DNA from: Prorocentrum cordatum
Lineage: Eukaryota
DNA length: 64,000 nucleotides
Direction: 5' to 3'
Assembly (NCBI GenBank): GCA_963575745.1
Contig: CAUYUJ010000160.1
Location: forward strand, 1 to 64,000
The position numbers and the translations under genes were made by a program. This document shows positions 1 to 17,718 of the stretch, one piece after another (position 1 is the stretch's first letter; every line of letters starts with the position of its first letter). The notes under the pieces were generated by a model, which saw nothing but the letters and a program-made list of their open reading frames with translations, was not told the DNA's origin and made no database searches.

Positions 1-3802
<3,802 letters not shown>

Positions 3803-6130
3803 AGAGTAGTAGTCAGAGTGGTTGAGAGAGTATTCGGAGGAGGAGGAGAGAGAGGAGGAGAGAGGAGGAGTTGGAGGAGGAGGAGGAGGAGCATGAGGAG
3901 GAATAGGAGGAGGAGGAGGAGGAGAAGGAGGATGATGCGGAAGGACCAAAGGCTGAAAAGGGGGAGGAGGCTTGCGTCTCGGGTATCGTGTGATATCGCT
4001 CCCGTGCTCAGATGATTTTCGCGTGTTCTTGTGCGTGAGCGGCGTGTCCCGTGAAAGCGTGCGGCCGAGGCCCGGATCGGTGCGGAGTGGAGAAAAGAGG
4101 CGACCAAATCGTTCAACAACAGGGACTTCGACGCCAAAGGCCTGGCAGACGCCCCTCCCTTCGTCTCGGGCGAAAGGCAGCTGTGCACATGCGCCGATGC
4201 TGTCCCCAGGGTCGGTGCACGTGCCTCCCCGGCCGAGCGGAGAGGGCCGGCGCGCCGATCCTGGGCCCGGGGTGGGCACGGCCTCTGTCGGTGCGTGTGC
4301 ATGGTGAGGTTCCTCTGCCGTCTCCTCTCGCTGCCCTGTGCGCCCCCCGCCCCCCCGTCCTCCCCCCCTCCCTGGTAGTGGGCTTTGACGTTTCCTTCTC
4401 CTCCTCGGGGCCGCTCGGTGCGGCGGAACGCTTTGGTCGCCACGGCCAGATGTCCCCCTCTCGAAATCCTGGCCAGACCACGCTCCCAACAGAGGTCGGG
4501 GCTGTCCCCCCCCCTCTGGCATCCAGGCGTCGCCGCGGTACAGGCGACGAGGCCACCCGCCCCGGCGCGCTCGCGGGTCGATGCGGCTCGAAAGATCTTG
4601 CATGCGTTCTGCTCCGAGCGCTGCCCGCTGGAGACTCACGGGAGGCCGCTCCCCGGGGAGCAACCGGGCCCCTTGCTGGGGCCCGGCGGCTGCGGCGTGC
4701 AGTCGCTGTGCGCTCGAGACGCGCGGCAGGATGCCCAGAGAGCGCGGGGACCTCCTCCTCCTCCTCCTCCTCCTCCTCCTCCTCCATCTCCTCCTCCTCC
4801 CTCTCCTCCTCTTCCTCCTGTTCCCTCTTCCTCATTCTCCCCTGCACCTCCTCCTGGCGCGGCGGACGCGGCATGCAATGGTGTGCGATGTGGGTCGGGG
4901 GGCGTGCTTCCCCGACGTGGCGCCCCGGCCCGTCGGGCGGGGAAGAGCGGTGTCGACAGCGCCGATCGGAGATTATTTGCGGCCTCTGCTTTTCACACGA
5001 CGTCCGATGTGCGCAGGCTTGTCGGTGCCACAGGGAAGCTCGGAGAGGTGGCTGGGGCCAGGGCCCGACCTGAACGGTGTTTTGACGTGGTTTTGATGGA
5101 TTTCGTTTGCAGTTTTCGTTTCGACTTCGCAATGCCGCTAAAGCTGCATATTAGAAGAGGGCAGTGGCAGGTTGGGACATACAAGCTTGGCGCACGTGGC
5201 TCCCGCACTTGGGGAGGGGGGGAAGGGTGATGGGACAGGGGAAACCTAAGATCAATGCAAATCGCGTTGCGAATGATCCATGTCCTCGTCCTCGGAGCTT
5301 GCCAGCGAGGCGAACTGCATACCCTGCCAAACCAGAACTGAACATGCTGCCGTCCAGTGACGCATCAACGTCCGCTTCCATCCCGCCTCCCAGGCGTCAT
5401 TATTGTTTCTCTCGTTATGTAACCTTCCTGTGAAGGTAGCAACCTTTTCAGCTCGAGGGACTTCATGTTGAACGCCAGGGCCGAGAAAGAAGGACTTGGA
5501 GTGAGATCTGCTGCCGTGTCTCCTGCTCCTGCCGCTGCTTCTATTTATCCTCCCCCTGCTTCTTTTTCTCCTCCTTCCTCTCCTCCTTCCCCTATTATTT
5601 TCTCAAATGTCCTCCCTTTCGCTCCCCGCTTCTCGCTCTTTGCTTGTGCATCCTTCTTCCAGCGGGGGAGGGGGGAAAGAGAGAGAGAGAACTAAACAAA
5701 CAACGAGAGAGAGCCAGAGAGAGCCAGAGAGAGCCCGCGGATAGGTGCGCGCGGTACCTTGCCGCTGCATCCAGCCCACCCCGACAGCAGTTCGGTTGGG
5801 CTGTGATGTCACGCAGGGGGCGCGGCCCCATGCCCACGGAGCTCCCTGGGTCGTCGACGGGGCCCCCGATTCCCGAGGGGGGGGGAGGGGGGGGCGAACC
5901 TGTGCCTGGTGCCGCCCCGCCCTCCCCCGAGGAGGAGGAGGAGGAGCAGCAGCAGCAGCAGGAGGGAGGAGGAGGATGAGGAGGAGGAAGGGGAGGGGGA
6001 GGAGAAGGAGGAGGAGGAGGAGCAGCAGGAGGGAGGAGGAGGAGGATGAGGAAGGGGAGGGGGACGAGGAGGAGGAGGAGGAGGAGGACCAGTGCAAACC
6101 CAACACTCATCAACGAATCAACGATGTTAG

Positions 6131-6945
6131 GATGCACCCTCCCTCCAAGCTCCTTCTTTATGGGTTTCTACAATGGTTCATTTCCAGTGAGGGAAGTGCC
6201 ACGTTTGGGGAGAACGGTGTGAAACATCCTGAAGCGTGCCAAAACAACATTATCAGGACGTCAACGCAACGCCACGAGTTGACCTGACTGGCACGTCTTG
6301 GCGATCCTGAACCCTGCCAGAGCATCATTCCTGGACCGTAAATACGCGAATCAACGCGATTGGTGCGCCCTGTCAATCCTAAATCGTTTCAACACTATTT
6401 CTGGTTCGCTGACCATGGGAGTCCGTGGAACTCTTGCAAACTGTTCGAACGAATGTGCGCGGCGCTAAGGCGAGAACCACATTTTGAAACGGAACCGCCC
6501 TCAATCCGTGAAGCCCTGGCGATGTTTTAAAACGAATGTGCGCGGTGCACAGGAAAGAGCCACTCTTTGAACAGGAACCGCTCTCAATCCGGGAAGCTCT
6601 TGCAACTGTTTAAAACGAATGTGCGCGGCGCTTAGGCGAGAGCCACACTTTGAAAACGACCTGCCCTCAATCCGTGAAACTCTGTCTTTTTTTGAAGACG
6701 ACTGTGCGCGGCGCTAAGGCGAGAGACACATTTTGAAAACGACCTGCCCTCAATCCGTTCAATTCTTGCATTTTTCGCAAACGAATGTGCGCGGCGCTAA
6801 GGCGAGAGCCGCATTTTGGAAGTTACCCTCCCTCCATCTGCGAACCTGTTGCCAAGCGTCAGGATCATAGAAGGTGAGGAAGTCTCAGGCGAAACGCCCA
6901 GCCCGCCCCTTCGACTGGCCTCGGGGTGCGACAGGGAGGAGTTGT
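6131..6945 (+). mobile_element. Dispersed repeat copy 1, with five 83-bp internal tandem units
   Basis: Runs from 'tgcaccctccctccaag' to 'cctcggggtgcgacagggaggagtt'. Unit cores 'gaatgtgcgcggcgctaaggcgagagccac' at 6451, 6534, 6617, 6700, 6783. Homologous to 35853-36417. Confidence 0.8.
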
Positions 6946-7039
6946 CTGTAAGAAAAAAGAAAGGAGGAGGAGGAGGAGGAGGGGGATGAGAAGGAGGAGG
7001 AGGAGGAGGAGAAGGAGGAGGAGGAAAAGGAGCTCACTA

Positions 7040-7172
7040 TGGGGCCTTCGGTGGAGCTCCCTATGTGGCCACGAAACGCTGTGCTGGGTGTGGCGGACGC
7101 ATGCGCCACCCTCCACTGGGGCCTTCGGTGGAGCTCCCTATGGGGCTACGAAGCGTGTGAGAGGTGTGCCGA
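7040..7172 (+). repeat. Two tandem copies of 'ggggccttcggtggagctccctatg'
   Basis: Identical 25-mer at about 7041 and about 7118. Confidence 0.75.
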
Positions 7173-8199
7173 GAGCAAAGGCAAGGAGGGGGAGGAGGGA
7201 GGAGGGGGAGGAGGGAGCAGGGAGGAGAGAGGAGGGAGAGGATGCTAGGGACGAGGGGGGAGAGAGAGGAGGTAGGGCATGAGGAGCCTCACGGCTATGC
7301 GCCCCGTCCGCCGCTTGATGTTGGTTCAGCGGGGCCGGGTGTCGTTTCCAGTTGTTGCGCGCAGGTGGCTCAGAAGATGCCAGTTGTCCAAGCGATGCTG
7401 GGGCGCAGAGTGGTTGCACCCTTTGACGCCTGTTCCTGGGTGTCTGCAGACCTGACCCTTCGGCCCTGCACAGTGCTGGGACCATTTCAGGGCGCATTTC
7501 GACTCCTGCTCGATCTGATTCGATTTCCATCGGTACCGATTCCGATTCCGCTTCGATCCGACGTCGGCATCCGACTTGGATTTTGGTTTCTCAGCGGAGG
7601 CCTCACAAGCCTGCCGATCTCCGCCGATTCGACTTCTCCCGATTGAGCTGCAGATTTCTGCCGATCCGATTCACTTCGATCGCCGATCCGATTTACCGAT
7701 TCGATCCTGGGCTCTCCTGCCATTCCTTGAGGGCCATCAGTGGGCGAATGTCTGCGCCGATGACGGTCGCTGGCAAGGCTCACGAAGGCGCCGATGTAAT
7801 TTCGTTCCGGTTGCTCTTTTGTTCGCAGCAGCGCCCGTGCGAGCGGATCGCCCGTGTAGGCAAGTCTTCGAGGTGCAGTGTCCGCGCATGTTCGGCGGGT
7901 GCTCCCCCCGCGGTGGCCTCACGAGGGCCATGCGGGGCAAGCATCTTCCGCTGGCCATCAGTCACAGCAACCATCTGCACCCAATCCTCTGCGAGGTATG
8001 CCTCGTTCATGAACTGCGGCGTGGCATTACGACGACGCAAACCAGAAGCAGAGGGATGAGGAGGAGGAGGAGGAGGAGGAGGAGGAGGAGAAGGAAGGTG
8101 AGAATCAGGACGAATGAGTTGAGCTGGTTAGGTGTCTCTGTATAGAGAAATGAGGAAAAGAAGGACTAGGGCGATAGCGTCGAGGGGTACGAGGATAAG

Positions 8200-9440
<1,241 letters not shown>

Positions 9441-9999
9441 CGACTGAAGAGGCGACCGAGGAGGCGGAGGCAGGGAAGGAACACGCGCCCCACGTGCAAA
9501 GCGTGCACGCCGCAGGAGAGCCGAGCTGCAGCCGCAGCCGCAGCCGCAGTAAAAAGAAGAGCAAGAAGAGCAAAAAGGACCTCCGGTCGGCCCGTGGATG
9601 CTCGCCCCCAGCGCTTGCACGCGGCCATCGCGCGCACGCCCCCGACGCAGCATGGACGAGTGGGGGACGGGATGGAGGGAAAGGGAGAAGGAGGAGGAGA
9701 AGGAGGAGGAGAAGGAGGAGGAGGAGGAGGAGGAGGAGGGGGAGGAGGAGGAGGAGGAGGAGGGGGAGGAGAAGGGATGAGGAGGATGAGGAGGATCAGT
9801 AGTGAGGAGGAGGGAGGAGGAGGAGGAGGAGGAGGAGGAGGAGGAGGAGGAGGAGGACGAGGAGGGGAGGAGGACGATGAGGAGGAAGACGAGGAGGAGG
9901 AGGAGGACGAGGAGGAGGACGAGGAGGAGCAGGAGGAAGGAGGAGGGAGGAGGAAGGATTGAGGAGGATGAGGGGAGGGGAGGGGAAAATGGTTGGATC

Positions 10000-10599
10000 A
10001 CGACGGCGACGATGGCGATTACGATGGTGCTGACGATCGATGACGATGATGGTGATGACGGTGATAGTGGTGATGATCACGATGGTGATGGTGATGATGA
10101 TGGTGATGGTGACGGAGGTGAAGGTGATCGGGGAAATGGGATGATGGTGATGATGGTGATGATGTTGATGATGTTGATGATGACGACGATGATGATGCTG
10201 TTTATGATAATGTTTCTGATGTTGGTAATGATGAGGGTAGTGGTGATGGTGGTAATGGTGGTGATGGTGATGGTGGCGCTGCTACTGACGACGACGAGGA
10301 TAACACTGACGATAATGACGACGACGAGGAGGTTGATGATGATGACGAGCATGATTTTGTTGTTGTTGATGATGGTGACGATGCTGCTGTTGATGATGCT
10401 CATGCTGATGAGGATCATGTTGCTGCTGCTGATGATGCTGATGCTGCCGATGATGATGCTGATGATGATGATGGTGATGCTGATGATGATGGTGCTGCTG
10501 ATGATGAGGTTGATGCTGATGACGATGATGATGATGAGTCTGATGCTGCTACTGATGATGATGCTGTTGATGCTGATGATGCTGATAGTGATGATGCTG

Positions 10600-10631
<32 letters not shown>

Positions 10632-10725
10632 GATGATGCAGATGGTGATGATGCTGATGCTGATGCTGATGATGATGCCGATTCTGACTCTGATGATGCT
10701 GATGCTGATGCTGATTAGGATGATC

Positions 10726-10767
<42 letters not shown>

Positions 10768-10871
10768 GCGCTGCCAATGTTGCTGATGCTGGTGATGATG
10801 ATGCTGATGCTGCTGATGATGATGATGATGCTGATGATGCTGATGATGCTGATGATGCTGCTGCTGATGAT
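10000..10871. repeat. Degenerate (GAT)n array
   Basis: gat/gct/ggt triplets. Confidence 0.95.
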
Positions 10872-13800
10872 CTCCTTCTGAGTTTGGTCCCTCGATCTGG
10901 GTTACTTCTGTCCTGTACTAATAGACTTCAAGGTGATACTTGTTGCTGGGGGCCACAATGGGGGCGGTCCAGGGACATCTTGGGGTGTGCGCTTGCCAGC
11001 TGTTTTTTGTTTGCACAGAATGCTAGGCGCACGTGGTCCTTCCTTGTAAGGATCTCCTTGTCGCTCGCTTGAGGCAGTTGGCTCACCGTCATGTTAAGTT
11101 TCAGGATGCGATTGTTGCTTTGAAGCCCCATCGGGCCCATTCCGTTGTCCACCCTGACCCGCCTCCCTCATTGTGTGTTCCTCGGGCCCGACATTTTCCC
11201 GTGGCCCCCGTCTTTCATTTGCATCCACGGTTTGAGAGCTGCTAGTTTTAGCTTCTGCCCTCCACCCGATTGAGCTAACTGGACCGCTGTCCTTAAAGTG
11301 TCCTCTGCTGCTTATTGACAGGCTTGTGGGTCACCTGATGGTCTCCTCGGGCGTGATGTGCCTTCTCTGCCTTCCTTGCTGTGCTTCTCCCTGTGCGTGT
11401 TGCGGCTCCCCTGGGCGTCGTCCCTCTTTGTCTGGTCTGTCCTGCCCTTTCTCCCCATGCCTTCTCTTCTGCCTGCTCTCGGTTCCGTGGGTCCCGCTGC
11501 TACTCTCCCCCGCTCCTGCCTCTTGCTGTCCCGTTTCCCCTCTCCCCCTGTTGCTTGCTGTCATCTCCTTCCTTTTCTCCTTTCTGGTGGCGTTCCGTGC
11601 GTGCGGCAAGCCTCTGGCCCGAGGGGAGACTTGCGATGTCATTACCCGATCGCAAGTGGGGATGCCGTCCCTGTTCGGTGTTCTTGTGGGCTCCGTGGAG
11701 CTGGGGATGACCATCGGTCCGTTCCTTTGTGCTGAGCTGGGCGACCGTTGGCTTGCCAGGATTCTAAAGCTTTCAGTCGAGCTGCTCGCCTGTGCCTCCC
11801 GGCGCTTCGTCGGGCTGCCGCTCGTTTCCCCGTGGGGCTGCTGCTTGCCGCTGCCGCGGCTTGATTCTGCCAGCCCGCACGTCCCCGAGCTGCTCGAGCT
11901 CCACTACGAGGTCGCTGCGCTCTTCAATCTTCTGGGCCCCCTGGCAGAGCTTCGCGTGCTGGAAGTCGATCTGATCGAGACAGTGGACACTGCAAGGAAC
12001 ATTGTGGACGACCTCCTCAATTTCGTGTGCCTGGCAGCCGGGGGTCCGCGCTGGTGCGTCCAAGAGGTCGGCGTGGACGCGGGGGTCAGGATATGCCTGA
12101 ACCCTCCTGGAGGCGCGCGCCGATCACATGGTTGCCAGTTCCCCCTGTCCCCTCACGTCCACACGCACGCGCGCATCCTCGGACGAGGATTTTTGTGTTT
12201 CCTGGCATCGTGCAGCACCCTTTCGAGAACGCGGGCGGCGTCCTGCTCGCCGTGCTGGTTGCCCGGCCCACCGAGCTTCACCCCGGTCAGTGCCGCTTCC
12301 GAAACCGAGGAGACGTTCGCGGCAGAGTCGAGGCGCTGAAGAAGGAACCCTTTTCGTTGGGGAGGGGCTCGGTGTTCCTGAGGTTTTCCATGGGAAATCG
12401 AGGTTTAACTTGTGGAAGAAAGGAGCCTCGTTCCTTATTTAGGGTTCCTTAGGTCAACGCCCCGACTGTAGAGGTGCCGTGCCCGACTGCGATGCGTTTC
12501 GGGCTTCGCGCCGGCGAGACATCCGCTAGGAACCCACACGGGCGCCGGCGCGAGCGCGCTACGGGGCCAGTGTGGCGCTTCGGGCCAAGATGGGTGCGGG
12601 GGAGGAGAATGGGAGGAAGGAGGAGGAGGAGGAGGAGGAGGAGGAGGAGGAGGAGGAGGAGGAGAGGAGGAGGAGGAGGAGGAGAGAGGAGGAGGAGAGG
12701 AGGAGGAGGAGGAGGAGGAGGAGGAGGAGGAGGAGGAGGAGGAGGAGGAGGAGGAGGAGGAGAGAGAAGCGAAAAGGATGAGGTGGAGGAGGAGGGGGCG
12801 GGGAGAGGCAGGGAGGAGGATGCGGCGGGGAGGAGGGAGGAAAAGGACGAGGGGGGGTCGGCGGGGAGGAGCATGGGCTCGTGGGTACGGCGTCGACGGG
12901 CGGGGAACCCCGCGCGGGCCCCAGGAGAAAAAGAAGAAGAAAAAGCGGAGCAGCAGCAGCAGCAGGATTTGCGCCGTCCGGGCTCGACCGCCCTGCGGCG
13001 TCCAGGACGAGGGAGGAAGGGAGTCAGACTTTTGTGCTCACGAGGCCTGATGAAGACATTGGGGAGAAGTAGTGGTTGCCAATTCACTGACTGCGCGAGG
13101 ACGTGGCGATGCTGTCGGCCGCATGTTTGCACTGATGGGACGGCGGATGTTGGGTGCCTCCGTTTACATGTGGAGAAGGTGTAATGTTAGATCTTCAAAT
13201 TGCAAGACCACGTGCGCGAACTCTGAATGACACGCAACGGCTGCGAGGGCACTTGTCAGAAGTGTGAACGGGTTCATTCGGTTGTATGCTTGAAGGTTCA
13301 ACAGGAGGGCATACGTCCTAAGCTAAACAGTATTTCGCGGTTTCACCCAGACGTTCTTTCCCCAACCAAGCTTTGTCTAAGAGTCCTACATTATCATGTG
13401 CAGGAGGCCCTTCTCGTTCTTCGAAGTCATGCAATGCCATCAGTGTCAAGCAAAGCAATCAGGATAACGCGATGCAGTGTGATTCAAAGCAATGCAGCGC
13501 AATGCAATGCAACGTTGTGCACAGTATTGCACGCCAACTCCAAATTTAGCAGCACATCGCACTACTGTAATGTATGGCAGTTCGCTCCCTATGCTTATTT
13601 TTGGGGCTTAGCTGACCCTCAGCTTCAGCTTGTCTTTAGCCTGATGTTCTCAGCCTGTCTCTAACCTGTCTTTGTTCGAAGGGGCACTCACACGCCAGGC
13701 TCGGTCTTGAATCAGCAGCCTGGGGCAGTCTCGAACCATCACCGACGTATGAAATACACCACTGGACCAGGCCTCACGCGGATTTTTCATTTCAGTCCCT

Positions 13801-15003
13801 GGGCCCATGGGCTTTCGACCCCCTCCCCAGCGGCCGTTCTTCCACCGCGAATCGCTTCTGATGCCTCCGCGTCCCCAAAGGCGATCCAGGGCGACTTCGG
13901 GGAGCAGCTTTGGAATCGCAGAAAAACGCTCCGCCGAGAGTGTGGGGACAACCTCGCCGATACAGGATGAGGAGGCGGAGGAGGAGGAGGAGGAGGAGGA
14001 GGAGGAGGAGGAGGAGGAGGAAGAGGAGGAAAATGAGGACGAGGACGAGGACGAGGAGGAGGAGGAGGAGGAGGAGGTGGAGGAGGAGGAGGAGGAGGAG
14101 GACGTGGCACTCAGGGTCCACCTCGATCCGACCGATCTGACTTGACATCGCTTCTGGCCGGCATCGACTCGATGCGGCCCGCTGCCTGCGTGGCGCTGCT
14201 GTGCATGCCGGCGTGGCCGACTCGATTCGGGAGACTCTCCATGGGGGGGGACCCCATGGGATCCCCAGGGGATCCTTTGGGATCCACCCCCCCTGGGATC
14301 CTGTCCCCCCATGGGATCCCCCCCCATGAAGAGTCTCTCGATGCTCGTTCCGATTCGATCCGATGTCGCGATTCGATGCTGACTGCTCCTGGCGAGCGCT
14401 CGAGGGGGGCCTCCCGTCAGCCTGGCCCGGGGGGCTCCAGGAGAGGCAGGCCGGGGGGACGGGCAAGGGGGGGAGGATCGGCGTGGAGCTGCAGGGCAAG
14501 GCACGATCCGCACAAGAGCCACAAGCGACCCGGGCGTCTCGGTGCAGGAGGCACCGAAAACGAGGAAGGGCTCACCCTGCAGGATCGGTTAACTCCGAGG
14601 CGGGAATTTATACATGACCACCGCCTGGAGGGTTAGTTTTCGGAGCCTCGGCAGGCGGTGGATATGGACATATTCGGGCCCCCAGGGGCCGAAGCATATC
14701 CATATCCACCGCCCGCTGGGGCACCAGGACGTTTGCTTCCAGGCGGTGGATATGGATAAATCCCCGCCTCGCATCAACGGCACATCGTGGAGCGGTGCCG
14801 CGGCCTCCCCTGAGCACGGCCCCCCCCCCCCCCGGAGCCGCTGCCAGGCCGGCCGGGTCTGCACCCTCAGGCCCTGGAGCGCTCCCAGGTGCGCTGCGGC
14901 CCCCCTCTCCCACGGCCTCGTCGGGGCCACCGCCAAGGGAGAGGGCGGCGGCGGCCGACGCATCCCCAATCACTGGCCGGTGTGCAGTGCCAGGGAAACC
15001 CGG

Positions 15004-15067
<64 letters not shown>

Positions 15068-15459
15068 TAGCAGCATGACAAGGCGTGAAGCGCACAAGAG
15101 CCACAAGCGACTCGGGAGTCTGGCGGAGGAGGGGAGAGCGGGGCTGCCCAGGAGGGGAGAGGGGGGAAGAGAGAGAGCGAGAGAGAGAGAGGGAGAACAG
15201 GCGAGGGGAGAGTGACTCGGGGCCCCCCGACAGGTGCGGTGACCACACCATATGGTGAGTCCGTGTGGATTCGGGGTGGCCGCATGGTTTTGGGGCTAGT
15301 CCCGTTCTCTGAGGATATCTCGGGCAACTGGGGCATCCCGAGGTCCTAGAAGAGCCTGTTTCCTTAGTGCTTGAGTCATAACGTGCGTTATGGCCTCCGG
15401 CCCCCCCCCAAAACGTAACGCCTTTCCCTCCTCCAGTGCGCCCCGGGCATTGCCGCCGT

Positions 15460-15730
15460 GCGCATCGGGATCCGCATAGGCGTCCTCATAGGAATCGCAC
15501 GGGGGTCCAGTCCGCATTGGGAATCTCATGGGGATCCGCATAGGGATTTGCCTAGGGATTCGCGTAAAGATCCGTATAGGGATTCGCAAAGGGATTTGCA
15601 TGGCAATGCGCATGGGCATCCGCATAGGCATCCGCATCGGGATCCGCATTGGGGTCCGCATAAGCACCCGCATTGGGATCTGCCAAGGGATCCGCATAGG
15701 GATCCGCACTGGGATCCGAATAGGGATCCA
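15460..15730. repeat. 12-bp minisatellite, consensus GGGATCCGCATW
   Basis: Repeated gggatccgcata/gggatccgcatt units. Produces the 'GIRI' ORF artefact. Confidence 0.85.
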
Positions 15731-16978
15731 AACTTGTGACTTTGGGTTCCCATTGAAAGCTCCTCCTCTTCCTTCTCTCTTTTTCCTCCTCCTCCTCCTC
15801 CTTTCTCCTTTTCCTCCTCCCTTTCCTCCTCCTTTCCCTCCTCCTCCTCCTCCTCCTTCTCCTCCTCCTCCTCCTCCTCCTCCTCCTCCTCCTCCTCCTC
15901 CCCCTCTCCTCCTCCCCCTCCTCCTCCTCCGCATCCATTACGGCGACAAGGGGCGGAAGAGGGATGTCTCGTGGCTTGCGGCTCGTGGCCCCTGGTCGTG
16001 GCTCGTGCGCACACGCACTGCGATGTACACAGAAGCGCTATCATTACCTGCGTAGCACACTCCTTGCACGGGAGGCACTTGGTGCAGGCTTGGGCGGCAG
16101 CGCTTGCCTCCAACATGAGATGATCGCATGTTCGATTCGCAATTCCCCCCAGGGATTATCAAGTTCGGCCTCCGCGCCCTCTCCACAATTCAATCCTAGT
16201 GACACGGTATGAAATGTTAGAGGGGGTGAAGGGGGGGTAGGCTTTTTTTATCGGGGGCAGTCGGTTACCCACCCTCCCTTCTCATTCCTCCCTTTTCCAC
16301 TTCATCCCTTCTTGCGGGCGCTGTGGTGAGCGAAGTGGCCAGGGCGTGCACGGGCGTCGTGGGCTAAAAGTGCAGGCCTGCGCGCAGGGCGAGGAAGAAC
16401 AATAATCACAACCAACTTGCGTGTTGAATTTGATGACATCGGCCGCCCCTACGATTTTCTGGTAGTCGGTCCCGTCTGAACCCCACAGGGTCCCAGAGGT
16501 GCGCACAGGCCTTGTGGTGATCACAAACACTGTGGTGCACACAGATGGTGCTGAACTGGTCGTGGCTCGAGGCCCCTGGTCGTTGCTCGCGCGCATTGGC
16601 ACTTCGGTGCACACGGAAGCGTTACCGTTTTACCGTCCCCCCGTTTTTCCCCATCCCTATTCATTCCGTCTTGGCCCTTACCTCTCCTGCCGGCATCGTG
16701 TACACCATCCGAACCTCGCAACAGGGCTGATGTGCGCACGGACACCATGGCGTCGTCGTCGTCGTCGTCGTCCCTTGTCGTCGTCGTCGTTGTTGTCGCT
16801 CGTCGCTCATCGTCGTCGTTGTCGTCGTCGTCGTCGCTCGTCGCTTGTGGCTCGTCGCTCGTCGTCGTCGTGCGCGCGGACGCTGTTGTGGTGCGGGAGC
16901 CACACGGCGTGGGGGGGCCGTTGCGTTACGACCCCCCCCCCGCCCCCCCATAACGCTTGTTGTCGCTGCGAATAAATT

Positions 16979-17482
16979 TATCCCAGTGCGACCCTACCTA
17001 GGAGTAGAGCCCCTAGGAAAGCAGCATTAGTAGTAACAGTAAAGCTAAGCTAAAGCTAAGCTAAAGCTACGCTAAAGCTAAGCTGAAGCTAAGCTAAAGC
17101 TAAGCTAAAGCTAAGGTAACGCTAAGCTAAAGCTAAGGTAAATATATGGTAAAGCTAAGGTAAAGCTAAGCTAAATCTCAGCTAAAGCTAAACTAACGCT
17201 AAGCTAACGCTAACCTAAAGCTAAGCTAAAGATATGCTACAGCTAAGCTAAATCTCAACTAACGCTAAGCTAAAGCTAAGCTAAAACTAAGCTAAAGCTA
17301 AGCTACAGCTACGCTAAGCTGAAGCTAAAGCTAAAGCTAACACTAAAGCTAAAGCTCCCAGGGGCGCAACTGGGTGAACCGCGGGGCGGGGACCGGGGGA
17401 ACCGTTCGGGGCGGGGACCACTGCCCGGCCCCTTTAAGCTAAGAGAGTAAGAACCATCTAGGCAGAGCCTAGGTAGGGAAAA
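16979..17482 (-). mobile_element. Non-autonomous Helentron/HINE-like element, copy 1, with internal (AAGCT/AAAGCT)n microsatellite
   Basis: Ends are 'tatcccagtgcgaccctacctagg' and 'cctaggtagggaaaa'. It is the reverse complement of 41925-42469. Subterminal IR CCCTACCTAGG. Confidence 0.75.
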
Positions 17483-17621
17483 GCGCGCTCGAACCGTGCT
17501 TCGATGGACCGTGCGGTGAGGTCGCGAGGGATTCAGAGGTCACTGCGCGGTCCGTTGCCGTTTTAGGACCCCCAATGGACGGTGGAGGGGAAGGGAAGGT
17601 GGAGGGAGGGGGGGAAGGGAG

Positions 17622-17641
17622 CCGTGACCCTTCTGGCTCGA
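17622..17641 (+). other. Degenerate relict dinoflagellate spliced leader upstream of the coiled-coil gene
   Basis: ccgtgacccttctggctcga versus DinoSL ccgtagccattttggctcaa, 15/20 matches, ending 77 nt before ATG 17719. Confidence 0.5.
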
Positions 17642-17718
17642 TCGCAGTTAGGTCAGCGTAGGGATTCGAACGAGCGCAGAGCCGCTCCGCTGCTCCAGCT
17701 GCCAGCTCTTGCTCCGCA

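Noticed and set aside
4051..4260. GC3-rich stretch reading RKEATKSFNNRDFDAKGLADAPPFVSGE
   Set aside because: Could be an isolated exon, but it has no recognisable motif, partner exon or clear boundaries.
6448..6830. Regularly spaced repeats resembling a CRISPR array
   Set aside because: The intervening sequences are also homologous, so it is an 83-bp tandem repeat. No cas genes, and the context is eukaryotic.
11326..12339. 337-aa plus-strand ORF with a helical-looking central part
   Set aside because: Only about 50 codons look coding, the antisense frame is also open and no family was recognised.
17040..17356. AAGCT/AAAGCT array as a true telomere
   Set aside because: It is internal, differs from TTTAGGG and is enclosed by element termini.
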